From an uncultured delta proteobacterium (GTDB lineage: Bacteria > Desulfobacterota > Binatia > DP-6), in the NCBI GenBank assembly GCA_963815115.1, contig CAWFFN010000012.1, positions 285,174 to 349,173 on the forward strand: DNA of 64,000 nt. The letters are read 5' to 3'. Below the pieces are notes generated by a model. The model did not search any database. It was not told the origin of the DNA and was given only the letters and a program-made list of their open reading frames with translations. Positions 45,082 to 55,065 of this stretch are shown here, one piece after another. Every line of letters begins with the position of its first letter. Position 1 is the stretch's first letter. The translations under genes and the position numbers were made by a program.

Positions 45082-46629
45082 TCACAACATCGAGTGAATC
45101 GGCAGGAGGCCCAGCGCATCGGCCTTGACGCGCCTCCACCAGCTGGTCTCGGGCTCCTTCGTGTACACTCGAACCGTTCCGCCGTCGCTGGTCGTCCACT
45201 TGAGCCGTCCCCCCTCCAGCGTGACCCGGTAGCTGTTCTCCGGCTTGACCCCCTCCGCGAAGAACTCGGCGACCATCTCGGCGAACTTGGGACTGTCGAC
45301 GAGCAGCGCGAGCTCGGTGTTGATGTCGGCCGAGCGCGGGTCGAGATTGTAGCTCCCGACCACGACGTACCGGCGATCGACGACCATCGCCTTGGCGTGC
45401 AGCCCGGCGCGCGACTTCCATGACAACCCCGACCAGCGCAGCTGCTCCATCCTGGAGTCCGGTCGCACCTCGTAGATCTCCACCCCGTTCTCGAGCAGGT
45501 CGTCCCGGTACTTCTGGTACCCCGAGTGGACGGCGAGAACGTCGTTCGAGGCCAGGGAGTTGGTGAGCACGCGGACCTTGACCCCCCGGGCGTGCAGCGC
45601 ACGGGTGAGCTCGACCCCGTGGTCGCGGGGGACGAAGTAGGCGTTCTCGATCAGGACCTCCTGCTGTGCATTGGAGACCAGCGCGTCCAGCGCGCTGAAG
45701 ATCCTGTGGCTGGGATCCCGGGCCTTCTCGGGGGGATCGTAGAGGACCCGCACCGGCGCCCAGGTGAGCCTGTCGCGGACGGCCTTCATATTGCCCGTGA
45801 GGGCGTCCACCTCTTCGTCAACGGGGTAGGGGAGCCGCTCGCTCGCCATCTTCGCGCGCATCTCCGCGATAGCGGCGTCGGCCTCCGCGCGGGTCGGCGG
45901 CGTGGCGACGAAGGCCGCGTAGGGGACGGCGAACGGGCTGTTCCAGAAATCGTCGAAGACCGCCGAGGCGTCACGAACCACCGGGCCCACGGCCACGGTG
46001 TCGAGGTCCCGGTAGTTCGACTCGCCGTGCACGCCGAAGTAGTGGTCGGCGATGTTGCGCCCGCCCACGATCATGATCGCGCTGTCGGCGATCATGAGCT
46101 TGTTGTGAGAACGCCGGTTGGCGCGCGACGGGTCGGTGAGGAAGTCCTGCCAGCGGTTGCCGCGGTAGCGAAAGGGGTTGAAGGCACGGATCTCGATGTT
46201 GGGATGCGCCGACAGCCTCGCGATCGCGGTATCGCGATCGACGATGCTGTTGTCGTCGAGCAGCACGCGCACGCGCACCCCGCGGTCGGCGGCCCGGATG
46301 ACGCGGTCGGCCAGCAGGTGCCCGCTGACGTCGGCGTCCCAGATGTAGTACTGCAGATCGAGCGACCGCTCCGCGAGATCGGCCAAGGCGAGCCGCGCTT
46401 CCAGCGCCGTGCGCCCGTAGCGCATGTAGAAGACACCCGACTCCCCGGGATGCTTGGCCGCCGCCGGCTCGAAGAGGCGGCCCAGCGTCGTCGCCTGGTA
46501 CTCCCGAAACGCAGTCGACGGGGCACGAGGGTATTTCGGATTGTAGGTCGAGCAGCTCGTCGCGAGGACGAGCGCGACCAATACGCCGGTCCCGCGTCCG
46601 AGCCATGACACCGGATCAAAGAGTCTCAC
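45082..46629 (-). CDS. phospholipase D-family lipoprotein (two HKD motifs), paralogue of 41846-43399
   Basis: The lipobox is LVLATSC. The HKD motifs are SHNKLMIADSAIMIVGGRNI and LHAKAMVVDRRYVVVGSYNLDPRS. The ORF is open to 46755. The GTG at 46629 gives a normal-length signal peptide. Confidence 0.85.
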   Translation of the reverse strand: MRLFDPVSWLGRGTGVLVALVLATSCSTYNPKYPRAPSTAFREYQATTLGRLFEPAAAKHPGESGVFYMRYGRTALEARLALADLAERSLDLQYYIWDADVSGHLLADRVIRAADRGVRVRVLLDDNSIVDRDTAIARLSAHPNIEIRAFNPFRYRGNRWQDFLTDPSRANRRSHNKLMIADSAIMIVGGRNIADHYFGVHGESNYRDLDTVAVGPVVRDASAVFDDFWNSPFAVPYAAFVATPPTRAEADAAIAEMRAKMASERLPYPVDEEVDALTGNMKAVRDRLTWAPVRVLYDPPEKARDPSHRIFSALDALVSNAQQEVLIENAYFVPRDHGVELTRALHARGVKVRVLTNSLASNDVLAVHSGYQKYRDDLLENGVEIYEVRPDSRMEQLRWSGLSWKSRAGLHAKAMVVDRRYVVVGSYNLDPRSADINTELALLVDSPKFAEMVAEFFAEGVKPENSYRVTLEGGRLKWTTSDGGTVRVYTKEPETSWWRRVKADALGLLPIHSML

Positions 46630-46766
46630 GATGCACCCCGGGTGCGCCGTGTGCCGGGCAGCTATCGCGCTCCGGCCCGCTCGGCGGCGGCACGCGCGTA
46701 CCACCGATGCCGGCATCGTTGAACGCTCGATGGACTCGGTATCGAAGGCGTTCATGGCCAGGTAGC

Positions 46767-46790
46767 GAGGCTTCGGTCGGCCGAAGCCTC
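46767..46790. terminator. perfect 10-bp stem / 4-nt loop hairpin between two minus-strand genes
   Basis: The sequence is GAGGCTTCGG-tcgg-CCGAAGCCTC. No U-tract follows, so its function is uncertain. Confidence 0.3.
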
Positions 46791-46917
46791 ACTACCCGCG
46801 CCCGTAGGATGTGAACGTCGCAGCCGGGCCCGACTCAGCAAACCGAGTCCCTGATCGCCCCGACTCTGGCGCGCTGATCGCGGCCAACTCCCCGGCTGGT
46901 CGGCGTTTGCATCACGC

Positions 46918-47325
46918 TCAGTCGTATCCCCAAATCTTGACCTTGGCCGTCGGTGCACCACCAAGGATTTTGTAGTTGATCGTCACCGCCTGGAGGGTCC
47001 CCTCGTGTCCTGGTGCGGACTTCGCAGCCGTTTGTCCTCCCGCCTTCACGGTTCCGACATTCCATTCGGTTTCGTCTTTGCGATTGTTCCAGTGGAGGAC
47101 GGCTTTGCTGATGTCCACGTCAGCGCCCTCGACGGAGAGCCTCACGTCCTTGACGTCCTCCTTGACCCATTTCCCGCCTTCGGCAGTGATCCTCACGCTT
47201 GGGTCGGTGGCCTTGATCGTCTGCTCGGAGAGCACGAACCACTCGTCTGCTCCGGCCGTGCGAACGGCGCCCATCAAGACCACCGCAACTCCAAGAGCTC
47301 CCATAAAGTATCCGGTCTTTGTCAT
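46918..47325 (-). CDS. small secreted beta-rich protein of unknown function
   Basis: The ATG at 47325 lies 8 nt after AAGGA. The signal peptide is FMGALGVAVVLMGAVRTAGA. The region is visibly lower in GC. An alternative ATG is at 47334. Confidence 0.6.
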   Translation of the reverse strand: MTKTGYFMGALGVAVVLMGAVRTAGADEWFVLSEQTIKATDPSVRITAEGGKWVKEDVKDVRLSVEGADVDISKAVLHWNNRKDETEWNVGTVKAGGQTAAKSAPGHEGTLQAVTINYKILGGAPTAKVKIWGYD

Positions 47326-47596
47326 TCTCCCCATCCTTTCTGATCCCCGTCGACGGAGATCGTCGCGCCTACCGCGTGAGCCAGGTCGCACAGCGGTGGA
47401 ACCTCCCTAGGTGGAACCTCCTATCCCGAAGGCGGATGGGTTGCTAGTGCGCGAGGTCCGGGCCTCCGGCGATCGATCGGATCCGCCGGCCGCGCCGGTC
47501 CACGGTTCGGAACGCCTTTTCACTCTTCCGAACAACCCCGGACAACGATCGCTGGATCGCGAGGCCGCGCGTTTGACGAGGTGTCAGCGTCGCCGC

Positions 47597-47995
47597 TCAC
47601 GGGGACTTGACGGCTGAAGGCGGCCGGCGTTCCAGCTCGCGCCGGAACCAGTCCGCGCTCGTCATCGCGTCAGACCCCGGGCAGCGGACGCGGTACGGCT
47701 CGCCACTCATGCTGCTCCGTGTGCCGACCCAGTCGATGAAGTCCTGAACCGAGCGTACGGGTCGCTTCTTGTCCGCCTGGCGATACTTGCTGGCGAGATG
47801 CGATCGGGCGTCCGCAGCCGCATACCAGCTGCCGTTGCGATAGAACTCGCAGCCGGATCGTTCGATGGCGTCCAGCAGGTACTGGATGTCCTCGGGCGCG
47901 CTCGCCGATGGCTCGGCCCTCGCCGGAGCGCCCACCAGCACGATGCACGCGATCACGACCCGAGCGACGAGACGTCTGACTGTGACGAAAGGCAT
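47597..47995 (-). CDS. secreted DUF5329-like protein
   Basis: A signal peptide is followed by IQYLLDAIERSGCEFYRNGSWYAAADARSHLASKY, which matches my recollection of the DUF5329 core. Confidence 0.65.
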   Translation of the reverse strand: MPFVTVRRLVARVVIACIVLVGAPARAEPSASAPEDIQYLLDAIERSGCEFYRNGSWYAAADARSHLASKYRQADKKRPVRSVQDFIDWVGTRSSMSGEPYRVRCPGSDAMTSADWFRRELERRPPSAVKSP

Positions 47996-48346
47996 TTCGT
48001 TTTCCTTCGAAGCCTCGACTCGTGAAACGGCCCGCCTCGCCTCCCGCTCTACAGCGGAGGTGTATCGCCGCTCATTGCGGTGTCTGGCAAGTGGGAACTT
48101 TGATCATCCGATCCTGCGCCCGATCCTCCTCGAAGACGGTCGCGGGGGATGAGCTCGGCGCGCAGTGGCGTGCGCACGACCCACCGCCTCCGCTCGCCGT
48201 TCCTTGACGACGCCGGTGGCCGCAGCGTAGGTGGCGCCGCACATCGGACGATGGGTGGGAGCCTCAGAGGGATTCGTGACGTGCTGCAGCGACCGAGGCG
48301 GTCCACCGTTGCCGTGTGGCGTGGCACCGGCGGGGCATCGCGGGTG

Positions 48347-49183
48347 ATGCCCCTCCTGGCAGCGCTGCTCGCGGTCGCGGCCCCGGCGGCGTTTGCGCAG
48401 GACGAGGAACCCCCGCCCAGCGTCACACAGCTCGCCGAGGAGTTCTCCGACCCGCTGACGACGCTGCCCCAGCTGTTCCTTCAGGATGCCTACACGCCGT
48501 CGAACTACGGCATCGACGCATCCACCAACCGGGTGATCGCTCGCCTCATCGTGCCGCGCCTGCCCAGGTACTCGCTCTTTCCGTTCGTGCAGCTCGTGCG
48601 GCCGAGCTTGTCGCTCGTCACGGTGCCCCAGCCGGGAGGCGGAACGCGAACCGACTTCGGCGACATGCAGCTCTTCGACCTCGCCGTCATCCCGTGGCCC
48701 GGCAAGGAAAGCGGCCTCTTCATGGGGGTCGGCCCGGTCTTCGTCTTCCCGACTGCCACCAACCGCGTCGCCGGCCAGGGTGCCTGGCAGGTCGGCCCGG
48801 CCTTCGGCGCGGTCTACAAGGGCCTGCCGGAATGGCTGTTCGGCTGCCTGATCCAGGATCCCATCTCGTTCGCCTACACGTCCCCACACCGTCCGCGCGT
48901 CGGCGTCCTGACGGTCCAGCCGATCCTGTACCGCCACGTCTGGCGCGGGCTCTACGTCAAGTCGGGGGACGCGAGCTGGGCGTTCAGCTGGCGCCAGGAC
49001 TCCTCGATCACCCTGCCGCTCAGCTTCGGGGTCGGCTGGGTGATCGTCCGCGAAGGGTGGTCGCCGATCAACCTGTTCGTCAGCGGCGAGTGGATGGCGT
49101 ATCGCCACGACGCCCCCGTGGCTCCGCAGACGACCGTCCGGTTCGGCATGACGGTCGCCTTCCCGCAGTGGCGGCCGTGGTAG
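48347..49183 (+). CDS. putative outer-membrane beta-barrel protein
   Basis: The ATG at 48347 lies within ORF 48149-49183. The signal peptide is LLAALLAVAAPAAFAQ. The beta-strand pattern alternates. The C-terminus is aromatic (QWRPW). Confidence 0.6.
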   Translation: MPLLAALLAVAAPAAFAQDEEPPPSVTQLAEEFSDPLTTLPQLFLQDAYTPSNYGIDASTNRVIARLIVPRLPRYSLFPFVQLVRPSLSLVTVPQPGGGTRTDFGDMQLFDLAVIPWPGKESGLFMGVGPVFVFPTATNRVAGQGAWQVGPAFGAVYKGLPEWLFGCLIQDPISFAYTSPHRPRVGVLTVQPILYRHVWRGLYVKSGDASWAFSWRQDSSITLPLSFGVGWVIVREGWSPINLFVSGEWMAYRHDAPVAPQTTVRFGMTVAFPQWRPW

Positions 49184-49379
49184 TGCGGCTCGCTACGGAT
49201 CGTGCCGGGGTCCGGGTCGAGGGGTCCGGCAGCGGGTCGTCTCGACCCGCGCGGATCCTTTCGCGCCACTAGAGGAAGATAGGCTCCCGATTTCCCGAGG
49301 TGCGCGCGCTAACCGGCGACACCGTCTGCCTGCTCGTTCCGGCTGCCCGACCTCACCCGCACGGGCCTGAGCGGCTGGC

Positions 49380-49835
49380 ATGCGCCTTGCGATCTCGGTC
49401 GGCATGATGAAGGGTCTGGCGTCCGACAAGCTCGTCAAGCTGCGCGTCGCTCCCCATCGTTCCGCGCTCCTGGCGGCGCTGGCGCTCGGCCTCGTACTCG
49501 GCCTGCCGGCCGCGGCGCGCAGCGACGGTGACGCGCTCGACGTCGCCACCCTGCGCGTCCGCTTGAAGGACACCCCCGCCATCGGGCCCGTCGCGAAGCT
49601 CCGTTTGAAGAGCGAGATCGAGGACCTCGTGGACGAGCTGGCGGCGTTCCACGCCGGGCGCGCTACCGAGACGCTCGATGAGCTGCACGCGCGGTACCGC
49701 GACCTCGTCCTCCGGATCATCGCGCTCCTCGAGCAGGGCGATGCCTCGCTTGCGCACGACCTCACTGCGGCCAGCGATCATCTCTGGGCGACGCTCGCCG
49801 ACCCCGGACAGTTCGCCTCGCTGGCGAAAAGCTGA
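49380..49835 (+). CDS. exported helical protein of unknown function
   Basis: G/C-ending codons are favoured in this frame. The signal-like segment is ALLAALALGLVLGLPAAA. The start is uncertain (49380, 49404 or 49407). Confidence 0.5.
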   Translation: MRLAISVGMMKGLASDKLVKLRVAPHRSALLAALALGLVLGLPAAARSDGDALDVATLRVRLKDTPAIGPVAKLRLKSEIEDLVDELAAFHAGRATETLDELHARYRDLVLRIIALLEQGDASLAHDLTAASDHLWATLADPGQFASLAKS

Positions 49836-50195
49836 CCGCCCCAACGTTGCAGCGGCGCGGCGTAAGCAAGGAAGGCAACCGGCTGTTGCGCTGGGCGTTG
49901 GTCATCGCACGACTTGACCCGGCCAACGCGCTTGGAGATGTCTACTCGGGCGGGGCAAGACCAACGGTGCTCGTCGCCTAGATCAGCGAAATCCCAGTCC
50001 GCGCGATCGAGCCGACGGCGCACGAGTTTGGCCTCAGCAACGTCTTCGTGGGAGTGTTCGTCGTGGCATCCCTCGGCAACGCGGCCGGGCATGCCATGGT
50101 AGTATCCTCGGGCTGGCCTTCTTTTTCGTCACGCCGGCGGGCCCACACCGTGATCCTGGCGCCCCGTTGTGCCGCACCCCCGATCCGGCCGTCGT

Positions 50196-51965
50196 ATGAA
50201 CAGCGAAACTCCGTCCTTGCCGCAACCTGAACCCGGCCGCCTGGCACGGCCACTGACGTCCGATGCGTCGGGCTGGGAGCGCTGGCTCCCCGGGCTCCAG
50301 ACGCTGCGCCGGTACGACCTCACCTGGCTCCCCAGCGACCTGGTTGCCGGCCTCGTGTTGACCACGATGCTGGTGCCGGTCGGCATCGCCTACGCCGTGG
50401 CATCCGGCGTCCCCGGCATCTACGGCCTGTACGCCACCATCATCCCGCTCCTGGCATACGCGCTGTTCGGTCCCAGCCGCATCCTGGTGCTGGGGCCGGA
50501 TTCTTCCCTGGCCGCGCTGATTCTGGCGGTCGTCCTGCCGCGGGCAGCGGGAGATCCGGCGCGGGCCGTCGCGCTGGCCGGCATGATGGCGGTGGTGTCG
50601 GGTCTGGTGTGCATCGTCGCAGGTCTGCTCCGACTGGGGTTCATCACAGAGCTGCTCTCCAAGCCGATCCGCTACGGCTACATGAACGGCATTGCGCTCA
50701 CCGTGCTGATCAGCCAGCTGCCCAAGGTGTTCCAGGTCTCGATCGAGACTGGCGGGCCGCTGCGCGACCTCTGGCGGATCGCCACCTCGGTGGTGGGCGG
50801 GGGTGCCAACTGGACCGCGTTTGTCGTCGGCGCGGGCACGCTCGCGGTGATCCTGCCGCTCAAGCGCTTCAAGCGCATCCCCGGCCTCCTGATCGCGGTG
50901 GTGGCAGCCACGGTCGCGGTCGGCATGCTCGACCTCGGCCAGAGCGCCGGCGTGAAGGTGCTCGGTCCACTCCCGCAGGGCCTACCCTCGTTCGCCGTGC
51001 CGTGGATCGGTCTCGCCGACGTCGGCTCCGTGGTGATCGGCGGCTGTGTCGTGGCCCTGGTATCGTTCGCCGACACCAGTGTCCTCTCCCGTGCCTATGC
51101 GGCGAAGACCCGCCACTACGTCGACCCGAATCAGGAGATGATCGGCCTGGGCGCCGCCAACCTTGCCACCGGGTTCTTCCAGGGCTTTCCGATCAGCAGC
51201 AGCTCCTCGCGCACGCCGGTTGCCGAAGCCTCGGGCGCCAGGACTCAACTCACCGGTGTCGTCGGTGCGGCGGCGGTCGCGCTGCTGCTGCTCGTGGCGC
51301 CCGATCTGATGAGGAACCTGCCCACCAGCGCGCTGGCGGGGGTGGTGATTTCGTCAGCGATCGGCCTGTTCGAGTTCGACGACCTGCGCCGCATCTTTCG
51401 CATCGAGCGCTGGGAATTCTGGCTGTCCATCGTCTGCTTCGTCGGCGTGGCCGTCCTCGGCGCGATTCCCGGCATCGGCCTGGCGATCGTCATCGCCATC
51501 ATCGAATTCCTGTGGGACGGCTGGCGGCCGCACTCCGCGGTGCTGGGCCGTGTGGACGGTATCCGCGGCTACCACGACATCACACGCTATCCCGATGCGC
51601 GGCTCGTCCCCGGCCTGGTCCTGTTCCGCTGGGATGCACCGCTGTTCTTCGCCAATGCCGAGCTGTTCCAGCAACGCGTGCTGGCCGCCGTGGCGAGCTC
51701 GCCGACGCCGGTGCGACGGATCATCGTGGCCGCCGAACCGGTCACCGGCGTCGACGTGACGTCCGCGGATGCTCTTGCGGAGCTCGATCAGACCCTGCGC
51801 GCGTCGAGTATCGAGCTGCACTTTGCCGAGATGAAGGATCCGGTGAAGGACAAGCTGAAGCGGTTCGAGCTGCTCGGGCGTTTCGGCAGCGGCGGCTTCC
51901 ATCCGACCATCGGTGCAGCCGTCGACGCCTACCTCGAAGAGCACGCGGTGAACTGGAAACCCTGA
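50196..51965 (+). CDS. SulP-family anion transporter with C-terminal STAS domain
   Basis: WLPGLQTLRRYDLTWLPSDLVAGLVLTTMLVPVGIAYAVASGVPGIYGLY is the canonical SulP N-terminus. The STAS tail is LVLFRWDAPLFFANAE. Confidence 0.9.
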   Translation: MNSETPSLPQPEPGRLARPLTSDASGWERWLPGLQTLRRYDLTWLPSDLVAGLVLTTMLVPVGIAYAVASGVPGIYGLYATIIPLLAYALFGPSRILVLGPDSSLAALILAVVLPRAAGDPARAVALAGMMAVVSGLVCIVAGLLRLGFITELLSKPIRYGYMNGIALTVLISQLPKVFQVSIETGGPLRDLWRIATSVVGGGANWTAFVVGAGTLAVILPLKRFKRIPGLLIAVVAATVAVGMLDLGQSAGVKVLGPLPQGLPSFAVPWIGLADVGSVVIGGCVVALVSFADTSVLSRAYAAKTRHYVDPNQEMIGLGAANLATGFFQGFPISSSSSRTPVAEASGARTQLTGVVGAAAVALLLLVAPDLMRNLPTSALAGVVISSAIGLFEFDDLRRIFRIERWEFWLSIVCFVGVAVLGAIPGIGLAIVIAIIEFLWDGWRPHSAVLGRVDGIRGYHDITRYPDARLVPGLVLFRWDAPLFFANAELFQQRVLAAVASSPTPVRRIIVAAEPVTGVDVTSADALAELDQTLRASSIELHFAEMKDPVKDKLKRFELLGRFGSGGFHPTIGAAVDAYLEEHAVNWKP

Positions 51966-52370
51966 GCTCGCCCCGATCGGCCTGCTCCTCAGACACTCTC
52001 ATCCTCCCGCAAGGTGTCGGCCCGATGCCTACCGAGGGGCACACGATGGGGGTTCTCTCGTAGAGTGGCGAGTCGCCAAAAAGGGCCGCGCGGGATGCGC
52101 CCCCCCGCGTTCGTCGCCGGCCCAGGGCGTTGGGTCGTCGGGGACGCGATGGCCGGGAAACCCGTTTGGGGGGAGCCCGTTGCCGCTGGCTTGGCTCTGC
52201 GCCGTCACCTCGCCGCTGCCCGTGCCTCTTGAGGGTACGGATCTGGTCGTGCTACCCGCTGCGCGACCATGAAGATCTCGGTGCCATCTAGATTCGGTCA
52301 ACCCCGCGCGATGTGATAGACGACTTTGGCCGCGTTCGTATCACAAAACCATCAATGACGGGGGCACCTT

Positions 52371-53495
52371 ATGAGCACACTGCACGATCCCGATCCCGAG
52401 TTCGAAAGACGACTCGCCGCCCTCCTTCTCGATGTCCTCATTCGCGCCGGTCTCCTCCTGGCCCTGGCCGTGCTCTGCTTTCAGGTGTTCTCTCCGTTCC
52501 TGAGCCTGATGACCTGGGCTCTGATTCTGGCAGTCACGCTCTATCCCCTGCACCAGTCGGTGGCCGCGAGGATCGGCGGCCGCCAGGGACTGGCCGCGAC
52601 GCTGCTCGTTCTGCTCGGAGTTGTAGTGGTCATCGTGCCGACCGTGGCGCTGATGAACTCGCTCGGCGACTCAGTGCACCGACTGATCAACGACGTGCAG
52701 AACAACACGCTCCAGGTGCCACCGCCAAGAGAAGGCGTCGCCGAGTGGCCGCTGGTCGGCGAGAAGGTGCACGCGCTCTGGACGAAGGCGCACACTGATC
52801 TGCCCGCACTGGTGCAGAGCATGCAGCCGAAGATCGGCAACCTGGCCAAGGCGGCGCTCGGTTTCGTCGCCGGCATCGGTGGCGGGCTGTTGCGGTTCCT
52901 CGCGTCTCTCGCTGTCGCCGGTATCATGATGGCCTATGGCGAGGGCGGCGCGCGCGCGATCCGCTCGATCTTCGAGAGAGTCGCCGACCGCGGAGGGGAG
53001 TTCGTCGACCTGTCCACGGCGACCATCCGCGCGGTCGCCAAGGGCGTGCTCGGCGTCGCGTTCCTGCAGGCCATCATCGTCGGCATCTGCCTGCTCATCG
53101 CCGGCATACCGTGGGCAGGCGTGCTGGCAGCCATCGTCCTCGTGCTCGGCATCGCCCAGGTGCCGGCGCTGATCGTCACGCTGCCGGCCATCGGCTACCT
53201 CTGGTCGAGCGGCAACTACGGCACCGGCGCTGCCGTCCTTTACACGGTCCTCCTTGTCGTCGCCGGCATGGCCGACAACGTGCTGAAGCCGTTGATGCTC
53301 GGTCGTGGCGTGGATGCGCCGATGCCGGTCATCCTTCTCGGCGCTCTCGGCGGCATGGCCGCGGGAGGCATCCTCGGCATGTTCGTCGGCGGCACGCTTC
53401 TCGCGCTCGGCTACCAGATCTTCATGGGATGGGTCGCGACGAATCCCGACGCGCCTCGAGCACATCCGGAAGGCGGAGCGTCCCAGGCCGACTGA
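52371..53495 (+). CDS. AI-2E (PerM/UPF0118) family transporter
   Basis: There are 7-8 TM helices. The C-terminal block is LVVAGMADNVLKPLMLGRGVDAPMPVILLGALGG. Confidence 0.9.
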   Translation: MSTLHDPDPEFERRLAALLLDVLIRAGLLLALAVLCFQVFSPFLSLMTWALILAVTLYPLHQSVAARIGGRQGLAATLLVLLGVVVVIVPTVALMNSLGDSVHRLINDVQNNTLQVPPPREGVAEWPLVGEKVHALWTKAHTDLPALVQSMQPKIGNLAKAALGFVAGIGGGLLRFLASLAVAGIMMAYGEGGARAIRSIFERVADRGGEFVDLSTATIRAVAKGVLGVAFLQAIIVGICLLIAGIPWAGVLAAIVLVLGIAQVPALIVTLPAIGYLWSSGNYGTGAAVLYTVLLVVAGMADNVLKPLMLGRGVDAPMPVILLGALGGMAAGGILGMFVGGTLLALGYQIFMGWVATNPDAPRAHPEGGASQAD

Positions 53496-53499
53496 ACCG

Positions 53500-55065
53500 A
53501 TGCAGGCCGTCCAGCCGAGGTCTGCGACGACGCGCGCGCTCGTCCTGCTCGCTCCCGTGCTTCTCGCCTCGTGCATGGTCGGGCCCGACTTCAAGCGCCC
53601 GGTGGTGCCGTGGCTCGACGGCTGGTCCGCCGACGCGCTGCGGTCGGCGGAGGCGGAGTCGCAGGAGGTCGGGGGGCCTCCGGTGCGGCACGACGAGTGG
53701 TGGCGCAACTTCGACGACCCGGTTCTCGAGGAGCTGGTGGAGGAAGCCCAGCGCCTCAACCCCGGAGTGCGCACCGCGGGCATGCGCATCCTCGAGGCGC
53801 GCGCGCAGCTCGGCATCGCCGGCAGCGGGCTGTACCCCCAACTGCAGCAGCTCAATGGCCAGGGCCTGTTCGTCGGAAAGGCGCGGAGCGACCAGCACGA
53901 TCGCCACTTCTGGAGCGGCGCCATCGGGCTCGACGTTGGCTGGGAGCTGGACTTCTGGGGCAAGTTCCGCCGCGGCATCGAGTCGGCGGACGCCGGCTAT
54001 TTCGCGAGCATCGCGCAGTACGACGATCTGCAGGTCCTGGTCGCGGCGCAAGCCGCGATCTCATACTCCACGATTCGCACCATCGAACAGCGGCTGCGCA
54101 TCGCCCACGAGAACGCCGCCCTGCAGAAGCGCAGCCTCGAGATCACCGAGCGCCTGTTCCGCAGCGGCAACGAGTCCGAGCTCGACGTGCAGCAGGCGCG
54201 CACGCTCTACCTGAGCACGCTCGCGACGATTCCGGATCTCGAGAGCAGCCTGCGCCAGGCGCAGAACGCGCTGGCGATTCTGCTGGCGCGACCGCCGGGG
54301 CCGCTGCCCGAGATGGAGGCCGGACGGGAGCGGATTCCCGAGGCGGAACTCGGCATCATCGCGGAGCTTCCCGCCGACCTGCTGCGCCGTCGGCCCGACG
54401 TGCGCGCGGCCGAGCTGCAGATGGCCGCGCAGTCGGCGCTGATCGGAGTGAGCAAGTCGGCGCTCTATCCTGCGATCCTGCTCACGGGCTCGCTCGTCTT
54501 GTCGGCCAGGTCGGCCACGACTTCGCCGTACCATGTCGACGGGGGACTCGGCCCCGCCCTCGTCTGGAACATCTTCGATTGGGGCCGCCTGACGAATCAG
54601 GTGCTCGTCCAGGATGCCCTCTTCCAGCAGCTCTACGAGCAGTACCAGGACACTGTGCTACACGCGGCCAGTGAAGTCGAAGACGCCGCCATCGGGTTCA
54701 CGGAGCTCCATACACAGGTGGTGATCCTCGCAGAATCGGTGCAGGCAGCGAGACGCTCCCTCGACATCGCCGACGTGCAGTACCGCGAGGGCCTGGTCGA
54801 CTTCGAGAGAGTTCTCGATTCGCAGCGCGCGCTCTTCAGCCAGCAGGAGCAGCTCGTGGCGGCGAAGGGCGGCATCACGCAGGACCTGATCAGCCTCTAC
54901 AAGGCGATGGGCGGTGGGTGGCAAGCGGGCCGCGCAAGGCCCATTGTCGACCCCGCGACCAGCGCAACGATGGGCGAGCGCAGCAACTGGAAGCGGCTGC
55001 TCGACGCTCCGCTCCCGCCAGCTACGGAAGATGCCCAACCGTACCCGCCGACGGACACACCATGA
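53500..55065 (+). CDS. efflux outer-membrane factor lipoprotein (NodT family)
   Basis: The lipobox LLASC is followed by MVGPDFKRP. Two TolC-like repeats are present, with LDFWGKFRR and FDWGRL. Confidence 0.9.
   Translation: MQAVQPRSATTRALVLLAPVLLASCMVGPDFKRPVVPWLDGWSADALRSAEAESQEVGGPPVRHDEWWRNFDDPVLEELVEEAQRLNPGVRTAGMRILEARAQLGIAGSGLYPQLQQLNGQGLFVGKARSDQHDRHFWSGAIGLDVGWELDFWGKFRRGIESADAGYFASIAQYDDLQVLVAAQAAISYSTIRTIEQRLRIAHENAALQKRSLEITERLFRSGNESELDVQQARTLYLSTLATIPDLESSLRQAQNALAILLARPPGPLPEMEAGRERIPEAELGIIAELPADLLRRRPDVRAAELQMAAQSALIGVSKSALYPAILLTGSLVLSARSATTSPYHVDGGLGPALVWNIFDWGRLTNQVLVQDALFQQLYEQYQDTVLHAASEVEDAAIGFTELHTQVVILAESVQAARRSLDIADVQYREGLVDFERVLDSQRALFSQQEQLVAAKGGITQDLISLYKAMGGGWQAGRARPIVDPATSATMGERSNWKRLLDAPLPPATEDAQPYPPTDTP

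Noticed and set aside
41846-46629. The two PLD/HKD proteins considered as Nuc-like defence nucleases.
   Set aside because: Each has a lipoprotein signal peptide, two HKD motifs and a length of about 515 aa. This fits exported phospholipase or cardiolipin-synthase-C-type enzymes rather than small single-HKD nucleases. No partner defence genes are present.
49778-50253. Short minus-strand ORFs in the 360-nt gap upstream of the SulP gene.
   Set aside because: I see no RBS, no recognisable motif and no G/C-ending codon preference. I treat the region as the non-coding leader and promoter of the SulP gene, though a decayed gene fragment cannot be excluded.
51966-52370. A 400-nt intergenic region inspected for a riboswitch, tRNA or small RNA.
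   Set aside because: I could not recognise any cloverleaf or known riboswitch consensus by eye. A covariance-model scan (Rfam/Infernal, tRNAscan-SE) would be needed to exclude one.
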